From positions 1-64,000 of IMG/VR virus record IMGVR_UViG_2728368993_000001: 64,000 nucleotides of DNA; one strand, 5' to 3'. Below are positions 43,172 through 53,378 of the stretch, piece by piece (position 1 is the first letter of the stretch; each line of letters opens with the position of its first letter). This stretch comes from a virus. Lineage: Duplodnaviria; Caudoviricetes. A model generated the notes under the pieces. That model saw nothing but the letters and a program-made list of their open reading frames with translations. It made no database searches and was not told where the DNA came from. The position numbers were made by a program, and so were the translations under genes.

Positions 43172-43313
43172 CATAAAAAATACACCTATTCTGCAGGTGC
43201 TTCTAGTTCTATTTTTATTTGTGTATGGTATGTCTCAAGAATAAAGCCGCCCATGTAGACGACTTGATTTTGTTACTATGCTTTTTCCTAAACAATTGGT
43301 AAATCTGATTAAT

Positions 43314-43700
43314 TTAACGTTTATTAACTTCTATTATCTTATCATCTTTAAAGTAAACATCATATACAGGGTATTTCGATTTCTTATTTGCTAAATCTAA
43401 AGACATATTGTTATACATAGCAAAAATTCTTACTTCATCTTCTGATCTAGTATATTCATATTGATATGAGATTTCGGGATCATCTTTAAATTTAATCTCC
43501 TGATACCAACATTCCCTTTTATAGTCATATACATTAACAAGTATATTACTATTCTCTTTAGATGCTCCTTGATATTCAATTACTTTTGCTATTCTTTCAT
43601 TAGCTCGTTTTTCATAAAGGAAGAAGTTTAGTTTTATTCCTCCCCAAACTAGTAAAAAAATAAGAAAAAACGAAAATAAAACTATTAAAAACTTTTTCAT
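43314..43700 (-). CDS. DUF3139-like membrane-anchored protein, paralog of 8877-9269
   Basis: MKKFLIVLFS...FKDDPEISYQYEY. Confidence 0.75.
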   Translation of the reverse strand: MKKFLIVLFSFFLIFLLVWGGIKLNFFLYEKRANERIAKVIEYQGASKENSNILVNVYDYKRECWYQEIKFKDDPEISYQYEYTRSEDEVRIFAMYNNMSLDLANKKSKYPVYDVYFKDDKIIEVNKR

Positions 43701-44252
43701 TATCCACATTCCCCTTTTTGGAGTCTAGTAGAATTTTCATTATACAGCCTGGCAGCTTCTTTCATTGAGATTCCTCCCGTGGTAAAATGTATTTGGGTGG
43801 CTGGGAGAAATCTCAGTCTTTATTACATATTTGGAGGTACTATATGATTAGAGCAAAGGGTGCAGAATTTGGACTTGCAGTAACTATTCTTTTGCTAGAA
43901 TGGTCAGTAATCATTAAAATAAATTCTTTATTATAAAACCCTCTTCATCAATGTGTAGCAGATAATAGTCAAGGGCAATATATTAGTTATAGGGCAAGGC
44001 GTTTAGTCAGATACACCAGCAAGCCTTGCTCTTTTTATAAAAAATTAAACATTTATTCATAGTTTTGTAACATCTACTCGTTAAGATAAAGAAGTGAAGA
44101 GACCCCTAACCTTTTTCATATATATCCCATTATTTTATCCGGCAAATGCCGGATTTTTTTGTGTTTCATTTTCACTGTAAATGACGTTTGCTTTCACTGG
44201 GTTTACAATATTTATTTCTGCCTTATAATTAAAGGTTGATTGAGGTGAAGAT

Positions 44253-44426
44253 TTGGAAAGTGAAACAGTTGAGATAGATTTAACAAAAACATACACTTAT
44301 AAAGAGATGCCAGATAAACTGTCCGGAAGATGTGACAATTGTGGCAAGGCTCACTTTATGTCTACGGTTGGCAATGGTGAGTTCCTAAGAGAATGCGTCA
44401 ATTGCGGGATGAAGAAGCTGATCTGA
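44253..44426 (+). CDS. 57-aa zinc-ribbon-like protein (not in ORF track)
   Basis: GAGGTG RBS plus TTG start; GRCDNCG...RECVNCG. Confidence 0.7.
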   Translation: MESETVEIDLTKTYTYKEMPDKLSGRCDNCGKAHFMSTVGNGEFLRECVNCGMKKLI

Positions 44427-44547
44427 TTAGCTTCTTTTTTCTCTGCTTAGTCAAACTGCATATTAGTAAAATCATTTAATGGTTCAAAATCCTAATTATA
44501 TATGTTAACCTTTTAATAAAGGAAGTTTACATATTGGAGGGATTAAA

Positions 44548-44736
44548 ATGACTCTAAACTGGCGCCTTTTTATAACCACAGTTACTGCTCTTTTATTTGT
44601 CATCCTTGTTTTCATGAACTTCTTGGGATATTGGACAGCTAACCCAGCAATACAAATTCTTTTTTTCTTTATCATGGTTGGATCTATTTTCAACGCAGGT
44701 ATTGAAACTAGTAAAAATCTAAAGAACAGGGGCTGA
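44548..44736 (+). CDS. small membrane protein
   Basis: GGAGGG RBS, two TM, terminator after. Confidence 0.7.
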   Translation: MTLNWRLFITTVTALLFVILVFMNFLGYWTANPAIQILFFFIMVGSIFNAGIETSKNLKNRG

Positions 44737-44876
44737 TTGAAATTTTTCAATCGGCTTTTTACTATACAGTTTGTGTCTACTTGTAATAAAATTTGATTTT
44801 CATTTTGTTTATTTACCTATATTTAAGGTAATAATTAGCTAAATACAGTCTTACATGCTATGAAAGGAGTGGCATT

Positions 44877-45164
44877 TTGAAGATTTTATTAGTTGTGTCT
44901 AGCATTGCTTTTCCTATTATTATGGTTTTTCTACAGAATCACAGAAAGATATTCCGAATAATTTTTAATATTATCGCTGTTATATCAGCTAGTATTTTTG
45001 GAAATATTGCAGCAACATCTATTTACCAGATCCTAATTGACAATGCTGTATTTATGACTACAATTCATGGTATTTTTCTTAATCCTTATTTCTTGATAAC
45101 TGGATCTTATCTTGGAGTATTCATCATTTACAGATTAATGGTTCTTACATTGGATGAAAGATAG
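44877..45164 (+). CDS. small membrane protein
   Basis: AAAGGAG RBS, three TM. Confidence 0.7.
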   Translation: MKILLVVSSIAFPIIMVFLQNHRKIFRIIFNIIAVISASIFGNIAATSIYQILIDNAVFMTTIHGIFLNPYFLITGSYLGVFIIYRLMVLTLDER

Positions 45165-45343
45165 TATCTTCATCCATTTTTTCATCCCAATTCCCTGCGA
45201 AGCTTATTCTGTCGGTGTTTTTTCGAACTGTGCATATTTAGATTTATTAACTTATCGATTTCCTCTCTTTCAAAAGTTGAATTAAAAGCATTTTCTATTC
45301 AACTTTTCTAGTAATATAATTAAACGGAAAGGAGGCAATAAGA

Positions 45344-45517
45344 ATGAAACATAATTCTATGCACCAATGGCATAAAGAGCATCATAAACGGGTAGCAGAA
45401 TTTCACAAAAAACACGCTGCTCAAGTAGCTAATGGAGAAAACGGAAACGGTTGGTTAGCCAAGCTCGAAACGTCTTTTTTTAATAAAGTACTTGTTCCTC
45501 TTAAAGTTGTGAAATAA
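45344..45517 (+). CDS. 57-aa His-rich small protein (not in ORF track)
   Basis: AAAGGAGG RBS; MKHNSMHQWHKEHHKRVAEFHKKH... Confidence 0.65.
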   Translation: MKHNSMHQWHKEHHKRVAEFHKKHAAQVANGENGNGWLAKLETSFFNKVLVPLKVVK

Positions 45518-46042
45518 CATCTTTTTTTCTGCTCCTGTTCTTTGAGGAGCAGTTATTTTTTGATTTTATATAAATACTTTGTGACACAGTATGTGTCATA
45601 TAAGCAACGAACTGCGTGTTAAAATCGTTTAAAATATTTAGAGTGTTTTTTAGCCAATTCTTGCATCACTTTATTTCTACCCGCTAAATCGGATCTAAGG
45701 TTTAATGATTCCCCCAATAATTCTGAAACAGTTTTAAACTTTTCCCCTTCTTTATACTGTGCATATATCTCCATCATTTTTGACATAATAAACGCCTTTC
45801 TTTAATCGGAAAATATATTAATTATTCTCCAATTCCTCCAAGCAATCATCACAACAATCCACGTCTTCCAACAACTCTCTATCGCAAACTTCACAATAAA
45901 ATTCCATGATTTTAACTCCTTTGTGTCGCTATTTGTGTCGTATATTATTCGAACTGTGATTAAGAACTATATTAAATTTGAAACTTATTAAGAATAGAAC
46001 CGTATTTATATATAACATTCTTTTAGTTAGAAGGTGCGCCCA

Positions 46043-46226
46043 TATGTTTAAATCAGAAGTGTTCAACAGAGTCCTCAATATAATTTGGATTCTAGTATTA
46101 ATGATCCTGTCATTGAATACTTTTGGAACTGATACACTAAGTAGACTTTCGATAATCCTAATATTCACTTTTGGTATATTGTTTAATTTGTATAAAATTA
46201 TCAAAGTGAGTAAACAGGACAATTAA
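46043..46226 (+). CDS. small membrane protein
   Basis: AAGGTG RBS before MFKSEVF; two TM. Confidence 0.55.
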
Positions 46227-46336
46227 AAGGATGCTAATGCCCAGTTTGTGTCAACCGTATCATCGTACTGTTCATTAACTACTTTTTACTGCTCCCCTAT
46301 CCAATTACTATTAAAATAAGTGTTGGAGGTGTTTTA

Positions 46337-46774
46337 ATGGTGAAAAAATATCCATTAGTTGCTTTTTGTTTCGCGTTGTTACTTCTTTTTATTACTGGAT
46401 GCCAAGCAGATGATTCATATCTTAAGGAAGAAGCCCCTGCTCAAAGACAACCTGACTCGGAAAATGGTGTAACTATCAAAACTGAGAAGGCTGAATATCC
46501 AACATCAATTAAGGAGATCATTGTTGAAATCCAAAATGACAGCAATACAGAATTTACTACAGGTACCCATGTTTTCCTTGAAAAAAAAGTAGAAGATACT
46601 TGGTATAGGGTGCCAATGAAAGAGGACTCTTTCACAGAAGCCGGAATGCTTCACCTTCCAGGTGAATTATCAACTATGGGTTTTGATGTAGATGACTTGA
46701 AGTATAAAATAACAGCCGGTGAATATCGTGCTACCATCGGAAGTCTTGCTGCACCATTTATAGTTGTAAAATGA
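46337..46774 (+). CDS. lipoprotein with Ig-like domain
   Basis: ITGC lipobox; IIVEIQNDS...FLEKKVEDTWYRVP...GEYR. Confidence 0.75.
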   Translation: MVKKYPLVAFCFALLLLFITGCQADDSYLKEEAPAQRQPDSENGVTIKTEKAEYPTSIKEIIVEIQNDSNTEFTTGTHVFLEKKVEDTWYRVPMKEDSFTEAGMLHLPGELSTMGFDVDDLKYKITAGEYRATIGSLAAPFIVVK

Positions 46775-46938
46775 GAAGAACCGAGTTAGGTTCTTTTTTT
46801 GTTCACTTATTAACAGAGCGATTTATTAAACAGTTTTGGTCAACCGTATCGTCGCACTGCGACATTATCCTATTGAATAAATTATTGATAATGTTTACTC
46901 TTAGATTAATTACATTACAAGAGTGGAGAATACAATCT

Positions 46939-47175
46939 ATGAATGAAAAAGACAAATGCCTAAAAGAACCTACAAAAACAGCCGTTTTTTCCTATGCTAG
47001 TTTGTTTCTTATTTCTTTATCCAGACTAATTTATGATTTAATCCATAAAAGAGTCTATGAGCATGTTATACTCCTAATAGCCAGCTTTATCTTATTAATA
47101 ATAAGTTTGATTATTTACAGAAAGCACATGAAATTATACGAAAAGTTTAATGGTGTCCAACACAAATTAAAATAA
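46939..47175 (+). CDS. small membrane protein
   Basis: GGAG RBS before MNEKDK; two TM. Confidence 0.55.
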   Translation: MNEKDKCLKEPTKTAVFSYASLFLISLSRLIYDLIHKRVYEHVILLIASFILLIISLIIYRKHMKLYEKFNGVQHKLK

Positions 47176-47322
47176 GCTCGTTAAATAAGTAAACAGATCA
47201 CAAAGAAGTGAGCTGTTATGCTAGACAGTTTGAGTCAACCGTATCGTCGAACTGTGCAACATTAAAATCTACCCTCACTTCCATTATTTAGGTTATAATG
47301 ATAGTAAGGAGTTGTTGTTTAA

Positions 47323-47697
47323 TTGAATGTTAAAAATATAAGTACATCCATTTCTGAAGATATTATTATTACAAATTTGACAGGTTTCATAACCCTTGCT
47401 GATGTAAACACCTGGTTTAATTCATTTGAGAAAACGTGCTTTTCATTTATTAGACAAGGAAAAAAGTATAAGTTGCTAGTTAATCGTAAAGGTTATACTC
47501 CAGAACATTTTTCTGTACAAAAATTGTGGAAAGACAAATTTTTCTCTAATAATATATTAGAGAACACCATTGCAGTCGCTTTTTTATTAGAAGAAGGGGA
47601 CATTCTAATTCACCTTGAACAGTCTAATACCAATGACAACGCAATGTTCTCAAGTAACTATGACCAATTAATTGACTGGCTTACTAAATATAAATAA
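47323..47697 (+). CDS. STAS/SpoIIAA-like small protein
   Basis: AAGGAG RBS; LTGFITLADV...F....AxxWL-type end. Confidence 0.55.
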   Translation: MNVKNISTSISEDIIITNLTGFITLADVNTWFNSFEKTCFSFIRQGKKYKLLVNRKGYTPEHFSVQKLWKDKFFSNNILENTIAVAFLLEEGDILIHLEQSNTNDNAMFSSNYDQLIDWLTKYK

Positions 47698-48035
47698 TGA
47701 ATTTCTACTCCTAAGTTGCTGAAGATAGCTGACTTTCTGGTAGTTCATTTTCAAGCTTCTTTACCTTAGTTGCACAAACAGGACCAATGCCCTTAGCAAT
47801 GCTTTTCTTGCTTTTTAACGGGCGGTTACAAACTGGACAATTCACGACCTCACCGCCGATGCTTTGGCTAGTTCAATTTTCAATTCCTCATAAGTTAGTA
47901 AATCAATAGATAAACCGGTATGGGAATGATGGATACCCATATCTTTTAACCTAGATAAGACAAAATTCCTTTTCATTTCATTTTGAGATTGAACAGCTTG
48001 GTAAAGTAATCCCATCAAGCATCCTTCCTTTCCAA

Positions 48036-48375
48036 CTATGGATTTATTTTCTGAAACATCTGGTCCATTTTACGTTTACGATCTTCTAATTCTTTAATGT
48101 TAACTGGCTCATTTGACTCAACAGCTGGATTTTTTTGTAGCCATTCAGGCACAACCTCAATCCTCGCTGATCCCCTTCTATATGGAGTAACCTTGTTCTG
48201 TTTCTGAGCCTGTTTTTCTTTAAATTCAAGCTGATAGGCTTCGACTTCTGATGTCTTTTTAAAACCTTTGTCAAACCAATCTGTTAAGATGGCTTCAACA
48301 TATCTCCACGTCTTTTTACCCTGTTCTGTTGAACGCTTCATGGCCAATACAACTAGTTCATCCGAAAGGTCTGCA
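48036..48375 (-). pseudogene. DnaD-domain phage replication protein fragment
   Basis: AMKRSTEQGKKTWRYVEAILTDW. Confidence 0.8.
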
Positions 48376-48608
48376 CATCAGGAAGATATCTTTTCAGTAT
48401 CGGCGAAATCAAGATTGACCTGGATCATCAAGATCATCCTCCTTACGAAATTTGAATTACTTGTTGCTGGCATATATCGCTCAACTCCAGTTACATGCCT
48501 TTTAAAAGCTCTGGAACCTCTGCGAAGGTTATGTTGTTAGCTGCTAATACATTGATTAAATCGTTTATGACTTGTTCTTTTTGTTTTTCGTTCATGCGAT
48601 TAATCCTT

Positions 48609-48845
48609 TTAGGCAAGATTCTGTTTGATACATTTCATATCGATAGAAATCTGAAAAAGTTCCGGAAATAGATTTCTATCCTGTATACCGTATAATTGTT
48701 CAAACTTTTGTAGGGTTTCTCTTCCAGGGTTTCTCAAACCTTTTCCAATTTTTCTAACATATACTTCTGAAATGCCGAGTAATTCATCGACTTGTTTCTG
48801 TGTTAAATTTTTTTTAATTCTTTCGTTAACAAGTCTTTGTCTCAA
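48609..48845 (-). CDS. Cro-like XRE HTH protein
   Basis: [27 protein letters not shown]; divergent from the repressor. Confidence 0.85.
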   Translation of the reverse strand: MRQRLVNERIKKNLTQKQVDELLGISEVYVRKIGKGLRNPGRETLQKFEQLYGIQDRNLFPELFQISIDMKCIKQNLA

Positions 48846-48864
48846 TGAAGGTCACCTCGTTTCT

Positions 48865-48937
48865 GATACGTTTTGTATCTGTAAATATTTTTCTGATACA
48901 TTTTATACCATTCGTTTATTTCGATACATTTTGTATC
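48865..48937. promoter_or_regulatory. phage repressor operators
   Basis: GATACGTTTTGTATC (48865), GATACATTTTATACC (48895), GATACATTTTGTATC (48923); a fourth copy at 48627. Confidence 0.75.
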
Positions 48938-48976
48938 TATAATGAATCTATAAACTGTGAAAGAAAGGGATTTCTT

Positions 48977-49402
48977 ATGATAGGTGATAGATTAAAAAAG
49001 GTTAGGGGAAAGATGTCCCAAGAAGAAGCTGCAAACAAAATAGGAATATCTAGAGCGCGATTATCCCATTATGAAACCGGTAGAAGCGAGCCAGATTCTG
49101 AAATACTAGGAAGACTTGCTAAGTTTTATAATGTAACAACCGATTACTTGATAACGGGGAAAACACGATCAGATAATGAAGGTTCCACTATGAAAGAAAA
49201 AGACGAAAAAGACATTGCAAAACGTATGGAAGAAATAAAAAAAGACCTGTCCAATCAAGATGGTCTCATGTTTTCTGGTGAACCTCTTAGCGATGAAGCA
49301 ATCGAATCACTTATGGAAGCTATGGAGCACATGGTTCGCAATACGCAAAGAATAAACAAGAAATACATTCCTAAGAAGTACAGAGATAAAGAAACCGAAT
49401 AG
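48977..49402 (+). CDS. ImmR-like prophage repressor
   Basis: [28 protein letters not shown]...KKYIPKKYR. Confidence 0.9.
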   Translation: MIGDRLKKVRGKMSQEEAANKIGISRARLSHYETGRSEPDSEILGRLAKFYNVTTDYLITGKTRSDNEGSTMKEKDEKDIAKRMEEIKKDLSNQDGLMFSGEPLSDEAIESLMEAMEHMVRNTQRINKKYIPKKYRDKETE

Positions 49403-49420
49403 GAATACGAGGCGAATCAA

Positions 49421-49861
49421 GTGGGTTGGATTAAAGAAAAGGTTATTGAACTTACGAAGAAATATGATACTAGAGATCCATTCGAACTTGCTTCATGTTT
49501 AAATGTATTTGTGTTCGAATGGGACTTTCATGAGGAAATCAACGGGGTATACAAGTATGACGAACGAAACAAGTACATATATATCAATTCTAATTTAAGT
49601 ATAAATAATAAATTGTTTACTTGTGCCCATGAGTTAGGACATGTTGTGCTGCACCCAAGAGCAAATACGCCTTTTATGAGGAACAATACACTTCTATCGG
49701 TTGATAGAATCGAAAAAGAAGCTAATCGATTTGCCGTTGAATTACTTATCCCTGACAAAGCTATATATGACTACAATGATAGCAGTCTATCAATACATGA
49801 CTTATGCCCGCAATATTCCGTACCAAAGGAGTTAGCTCACATTAAAAAATTTAACATTTAA
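49421..49861 (+). CDS. ImmA/IrrE-family metallopeptidase (antirepressor)
   Basis: FTCAHELGH and EKEANRFAVELL motifs. Confidence 0.92.
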   Translation: MGWIKEKVIELTKKYDTRDPFELASCLNVFVFEWDFHEEINGVYKYDERNKYIYINSNLSINNKLFTCAHELGHVVLHPRANTPFMRNNTLLSVDRIEKEANRFAVELLIPDKAIYDYNDSSLSIHDLCPQYSVPKELAHIKKFNI

Positions 49862-50040
49862 CTAGGTATATTCACACGTTACGATTTCATCACAAAAATA
49901 CGTTTGTGTTTTTATTTTACGGTATCACTGGGCGCTTCGCCCGATAAACATATAAATACATAATAGTTGATAACAAAATATAAAGCTTAAATAATTTATT
50001 TAACACCTGAAAATGGTAAATCTAAAGGAGAGTACGCAAG

Positions 50041-51270
50041 ATGAATCTTAAAGAAACGTTAGAAATGTTAAACAAAGTTGTTAATGACAATAAGGAACTA
50101 ATAAATAATGAGGAATCAACAAAACAATTTTTGATTTTACCATTCCTCAGAGGACTTGGATACGATACCTATAGCCCCCAAGAAGTTACACCAGAATTCA
50201 CAGCAGATTTCCATAAAAAGAATGAGAAAGTAGACTACGCTATCTCTATAAATGGGGAACCTAAAATTTTTGTCGAAGCTAAATCAATGAACAATAAGAT
50301 TAATAAAAGTGCACCGCAATTAAGTAGATATTTTAGTACGTTCCCTAGTGTGCGATTGGGAATTTTAACAAACGGAATAGAGTATCACTTTTTTACTGAT
50401 TTAAATAATGCCAACATCATGGATTCCAAACCATTTTTTATTTTTAATTTAACCAACTATATTGAAGAAGATTTCGACCACTTAGTTAAGTTTTCTAAAA
50501 ATCTTTACGATTATGAAAGTATAAAAAATCTGGCTGAATCTCTTATGTACACTCAATCTTTCAAATCAGTTATTAAAGAAATTTTTGAAAGTCCAAACGA
50601 TGACTTTATTAAATTTGTAATAAAAGAACGATTTAAATTTAAAGTAACTCAACAGTTTATTAATACCGCTCGACCTTTAGTTCAAAAATGTATTCAAGAA
50701 TCCTTAGCTGAAATTATTAGCGAAAAGTTTGACGTTACAACGAATAATCAAGCAACGCAAGAAAGAGCAACAGATATAAGCGAAATACAACATGAAGATA
50801 AAAAGACTTATTACACTACAGAAGAAATCGAATCATTAGGAACTTTTGAAGAATTTGAAGGTGTAAATGTAGTTCTGCCAAATTCTGAATCCTATAAAAA
50901 GTTATTAAAAATGAAGATGGAAGAATACTCAGTTGAAAAAGGAAATCCTTTAAGCGACTTTTTTGTTTCATCGGTTCTTACACAAGGCAATGCAATCGTT
51001 GGGTATTTGGTTGGACAATATTCCAATCAACAAAAAGATACTACATTATACACAGTAAAATCTAACGGAATTGCTAATTTCTTGAAAGCAAATCCTATAG
51101 TTGAAGAAACAGGCTTTATCAATGCACGACTTGGATCTCGGACAAACAAAAACACAAATGAGAAAACCTACTATTTGAAAAGTTGTTTAACCAATCTTTC
51201 ATTTAGAGATATTCCAGATCTTGTATCAAAAGTTGAAGATATTGATAAGTTTTTCAATAGTATCCAATAA
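50041..51270 (+). CDS. HsdR_N (type I restriction enzyme R N-terminal) nuclease-domain protein
   Basis: NEESTKQFLILPFL..LGYD, EKVDYAI, FVEAK, QLSRYF and LTNG motifs. Confidence 0.85.
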   Translation: MNLKETLEMLNKVVNDNKELINNEESTKQFLILPFLRGLGYDTYSPQEVTPEFTADFHKKNEKVDYAISINGEPKIFVEAKSMNNKINKSAPQLSRYFSTFPSVRLGILTNGIEYHFFTDLNNANIMDSKPFFIFNLTNYIEEDFDHLVKFSKNLYDYESIKNLAESLMYTQSFKSVIKEIFESPNDDFIKFVIKERFKFKVTQQFINTARPLVQKCIQESLAEIISEKFDVTTNNQATQERATDISEIQHEDKKTYYTTEEIESLGTFEEFEGVNVVLPNSESYKKLLKMKMEEYSVEKGNPLSDFFVSSVLTQGNAIVGYLVGQYSNQQKDTTLYTVKSNGIANFLKANPIVEETGFINARLGSRTNKNTNEKTYYLKSCLTNLSFRDIPDLVSKVEDIDKFFNSIQ

Positions 51271-51351
51271 TCTTTCATTTAGAGATATTCCAGATCTTGT
51301 ATCAAAAGTTGAAGATATTGATAAGTTTTTCAATAGTATCCAATAATCTTT
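51193..51351 (+). repeat. 76-bp tandem duplication covering the end of the HsdR_N gene
   Basis: 51193-51268 is repeated at 51269-51344, with AATCTTT microhomology at the junctions. Confidence 0.9.
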
Positions 51352-52079
51352 TTTCAGAGATGATCGCAAGCTATTATGACATTGATAATCAAGAAACAAT
51401 AGAGTAATTTGCTTTTGATTTTTTCCCAAATACAAACACACTTGCGATTCGGTAAAATCGAATGAAGAACAGATGAACAAGATTCTCAAAAATATAAAAT
51501 AACAATTTTAAGATAGCCTCACTGTAGGCTTTTCTTTTAACCCGAATCAGAACATACATTCCCCAAAAGGGTTTTAAAATGCAAAAAAAAATATTAAACA
51601 CGTTAATTTAAATGCTGAGATTGATAGATGCAAAAACAAAGATGAAGAAATGATTAAAATACCAATTTTTAATTCTGTCAGGTACATCAATGGTGAACTA
51701 ATAGGTGAACTAGACGGGTACTCTGATGTAACAGATGTAGAAATTCATTTTGACAGAAACGAATTCAAGCACTAGACAAAGATAACGGATTTGTAACAGG
51801 ATGGAGTGGTTTCAAAATATCACTTATCGTTTTAGAATTCAAGAAAATTAATTAATAAGGTGAATTTTGTCACGCGCGTATCATCATCTATATTATTATT
51901 CTCTTTCTTATTCTTAGTTCTTAGTTCTTAGTTCTTCTTCTTCCCCCCTAGTCTATGGATAGTCTATGCATACCCTATCCATATTGTTTATATAGGATAT
52001 GCATACGGTATCTATACCCTGTTTATACCGTATGCAAAGAGTATATATAGATCATAAAATTGAAAGGTAGTAGAATATT

Positions 52080-53274
52080 TTGTCATATTTTCAAAAGGTA
52101 CCTGCGAAAAATAAACAAGGTTACAAATGGAAGTGTACTGAAGAAGGTCCAAGGAATTCAGCGACAGGGAAAAGAACTCAAATTACTCGTCGTGCAGATA
52201 CAAAGAAAGAAGCTTCACTTAAGGTTGATCTTGCGTTACAAGAACTCCAATTGAACAATGGACAGTCTTACAATAAAAATATATCGTTTAAAGACTATTT
52301 ATCAGATTGGTTAGTAACATACAAAAAACATACTGTTAAAGAAAATACTTATAAACTTCATGAACGAAATGTTCATAAAAAAAATTATCCCTTTAATCGG
52401 ACATATGAAAATAGCAGACTTAACCCCTACTCATTATCAAAAAATTATTAATGCACTATCTGAGCAAGATATTAGTAAAAGGACCGTTGAAATTATTCAC
52501 ACAACGCTTTCAAATGCCATGAATAAAGCAGTGTCGCTTGAAATAATTATGAAAAACCCTTGTTCCCGCGTCACGATCCCAGATAAAACTATCAACAAAA
52601 TTAAAGAGGACGATGATCTAGTGTATCTGACCAAGGATGAAGTTTTTAGATTTTTGGAGGCTGCCATTCAAGATAACTGGAAGTATTATATTTTATTTAA
52701 AACATTAATCGACACTGGTTTAAGAAAAGGAGAAGCTCTTGCACTTCAAATCCAAGACTTAGATTTCTCATCTAGTAAAATCAAAATATATAAAACATTA
52801 AATTATGACGTCAACCAAATAGAAAAAATGTTTGGACCACCTAAAACTGAAACATCCTACAGGAAAGTATTAATAAATAATGATCTTTCAACTTTGTTGT
52901 CTAAACATCTTATTAAGCAAAAAGAAATTAAATTGAAATTAGCAGACAGATACCATAGTGAAACGAATCTTGTGTTTGACCGTGGAGACGGTCTTCCCTT
53001 TGCTAAATCCACATTACAAAGATCATTTAATCGAATATGCAAAAATGCCGGAATTTCAAAACATATAACTATTCACGGATTGCGACACACGCACGCAGTT
53101 TTGCTTCTTGAATCCGGGGCTAGCTTAAAAGAAGTCCAAGAACGTTTGGGTCATAAATCGATTCAGACTGCTGCGGATGTATATGTACAGGTCTCTAAAG
53201 TTTTGGAAGTAAGAAGCGTTGATAATTATTCAAAATACATGGATTATGAACAAAAGAAATATGAAATAAAATGA
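52080..53274 (+). pseudogene. tyrosine integrase, frameshifted in an A-run near 52380
   Basis: Arm-binding N-terminus in one frame; TGLRKGEALAL, HGLRHTHA and ERLGH in the other. Confidence 0.88.
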
Positions 53275-53296
53275 AATGTGGTCAAAATGTGGTCAA
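53275..53296 (+). repeat. integrase arm-type binding repeats
   Basis: AAATGTGGTCA twice; the related GTGGTCA pair occurs at 32938-32955 at the other end of the element. Confidence 0.65.
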
Positions 53297-53378
53297 TTAG
53301 AATTTTGCCGAGTATTCCACAATAAATATAAAAGCCTTGGTTACTGATAAACTCAGTAATACCAAGGCTTTCATTTGA

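Larger units (their letters stand above)
32829..53378. mobile_element. decayed prophage, innermost element at the glnA 3' end
   Basis: Integrase, ImmA/ImmR/Cro, DnaD fragment, tail, holin and endolysin, bounded by glnA and its displaced tail. Confidence 0.88.

Noticed and set aside
45587-47254. CRISPR array from the ~29-bp repeats
   Set aside because: Spacing is 300-600 bp with whole genes between copies, the repeats are degenerate, and there are no cas genes
50041-51270. Type I restriction-modification system
   Set aside because: No helicase motifs and no hsdM/hsdS nearby
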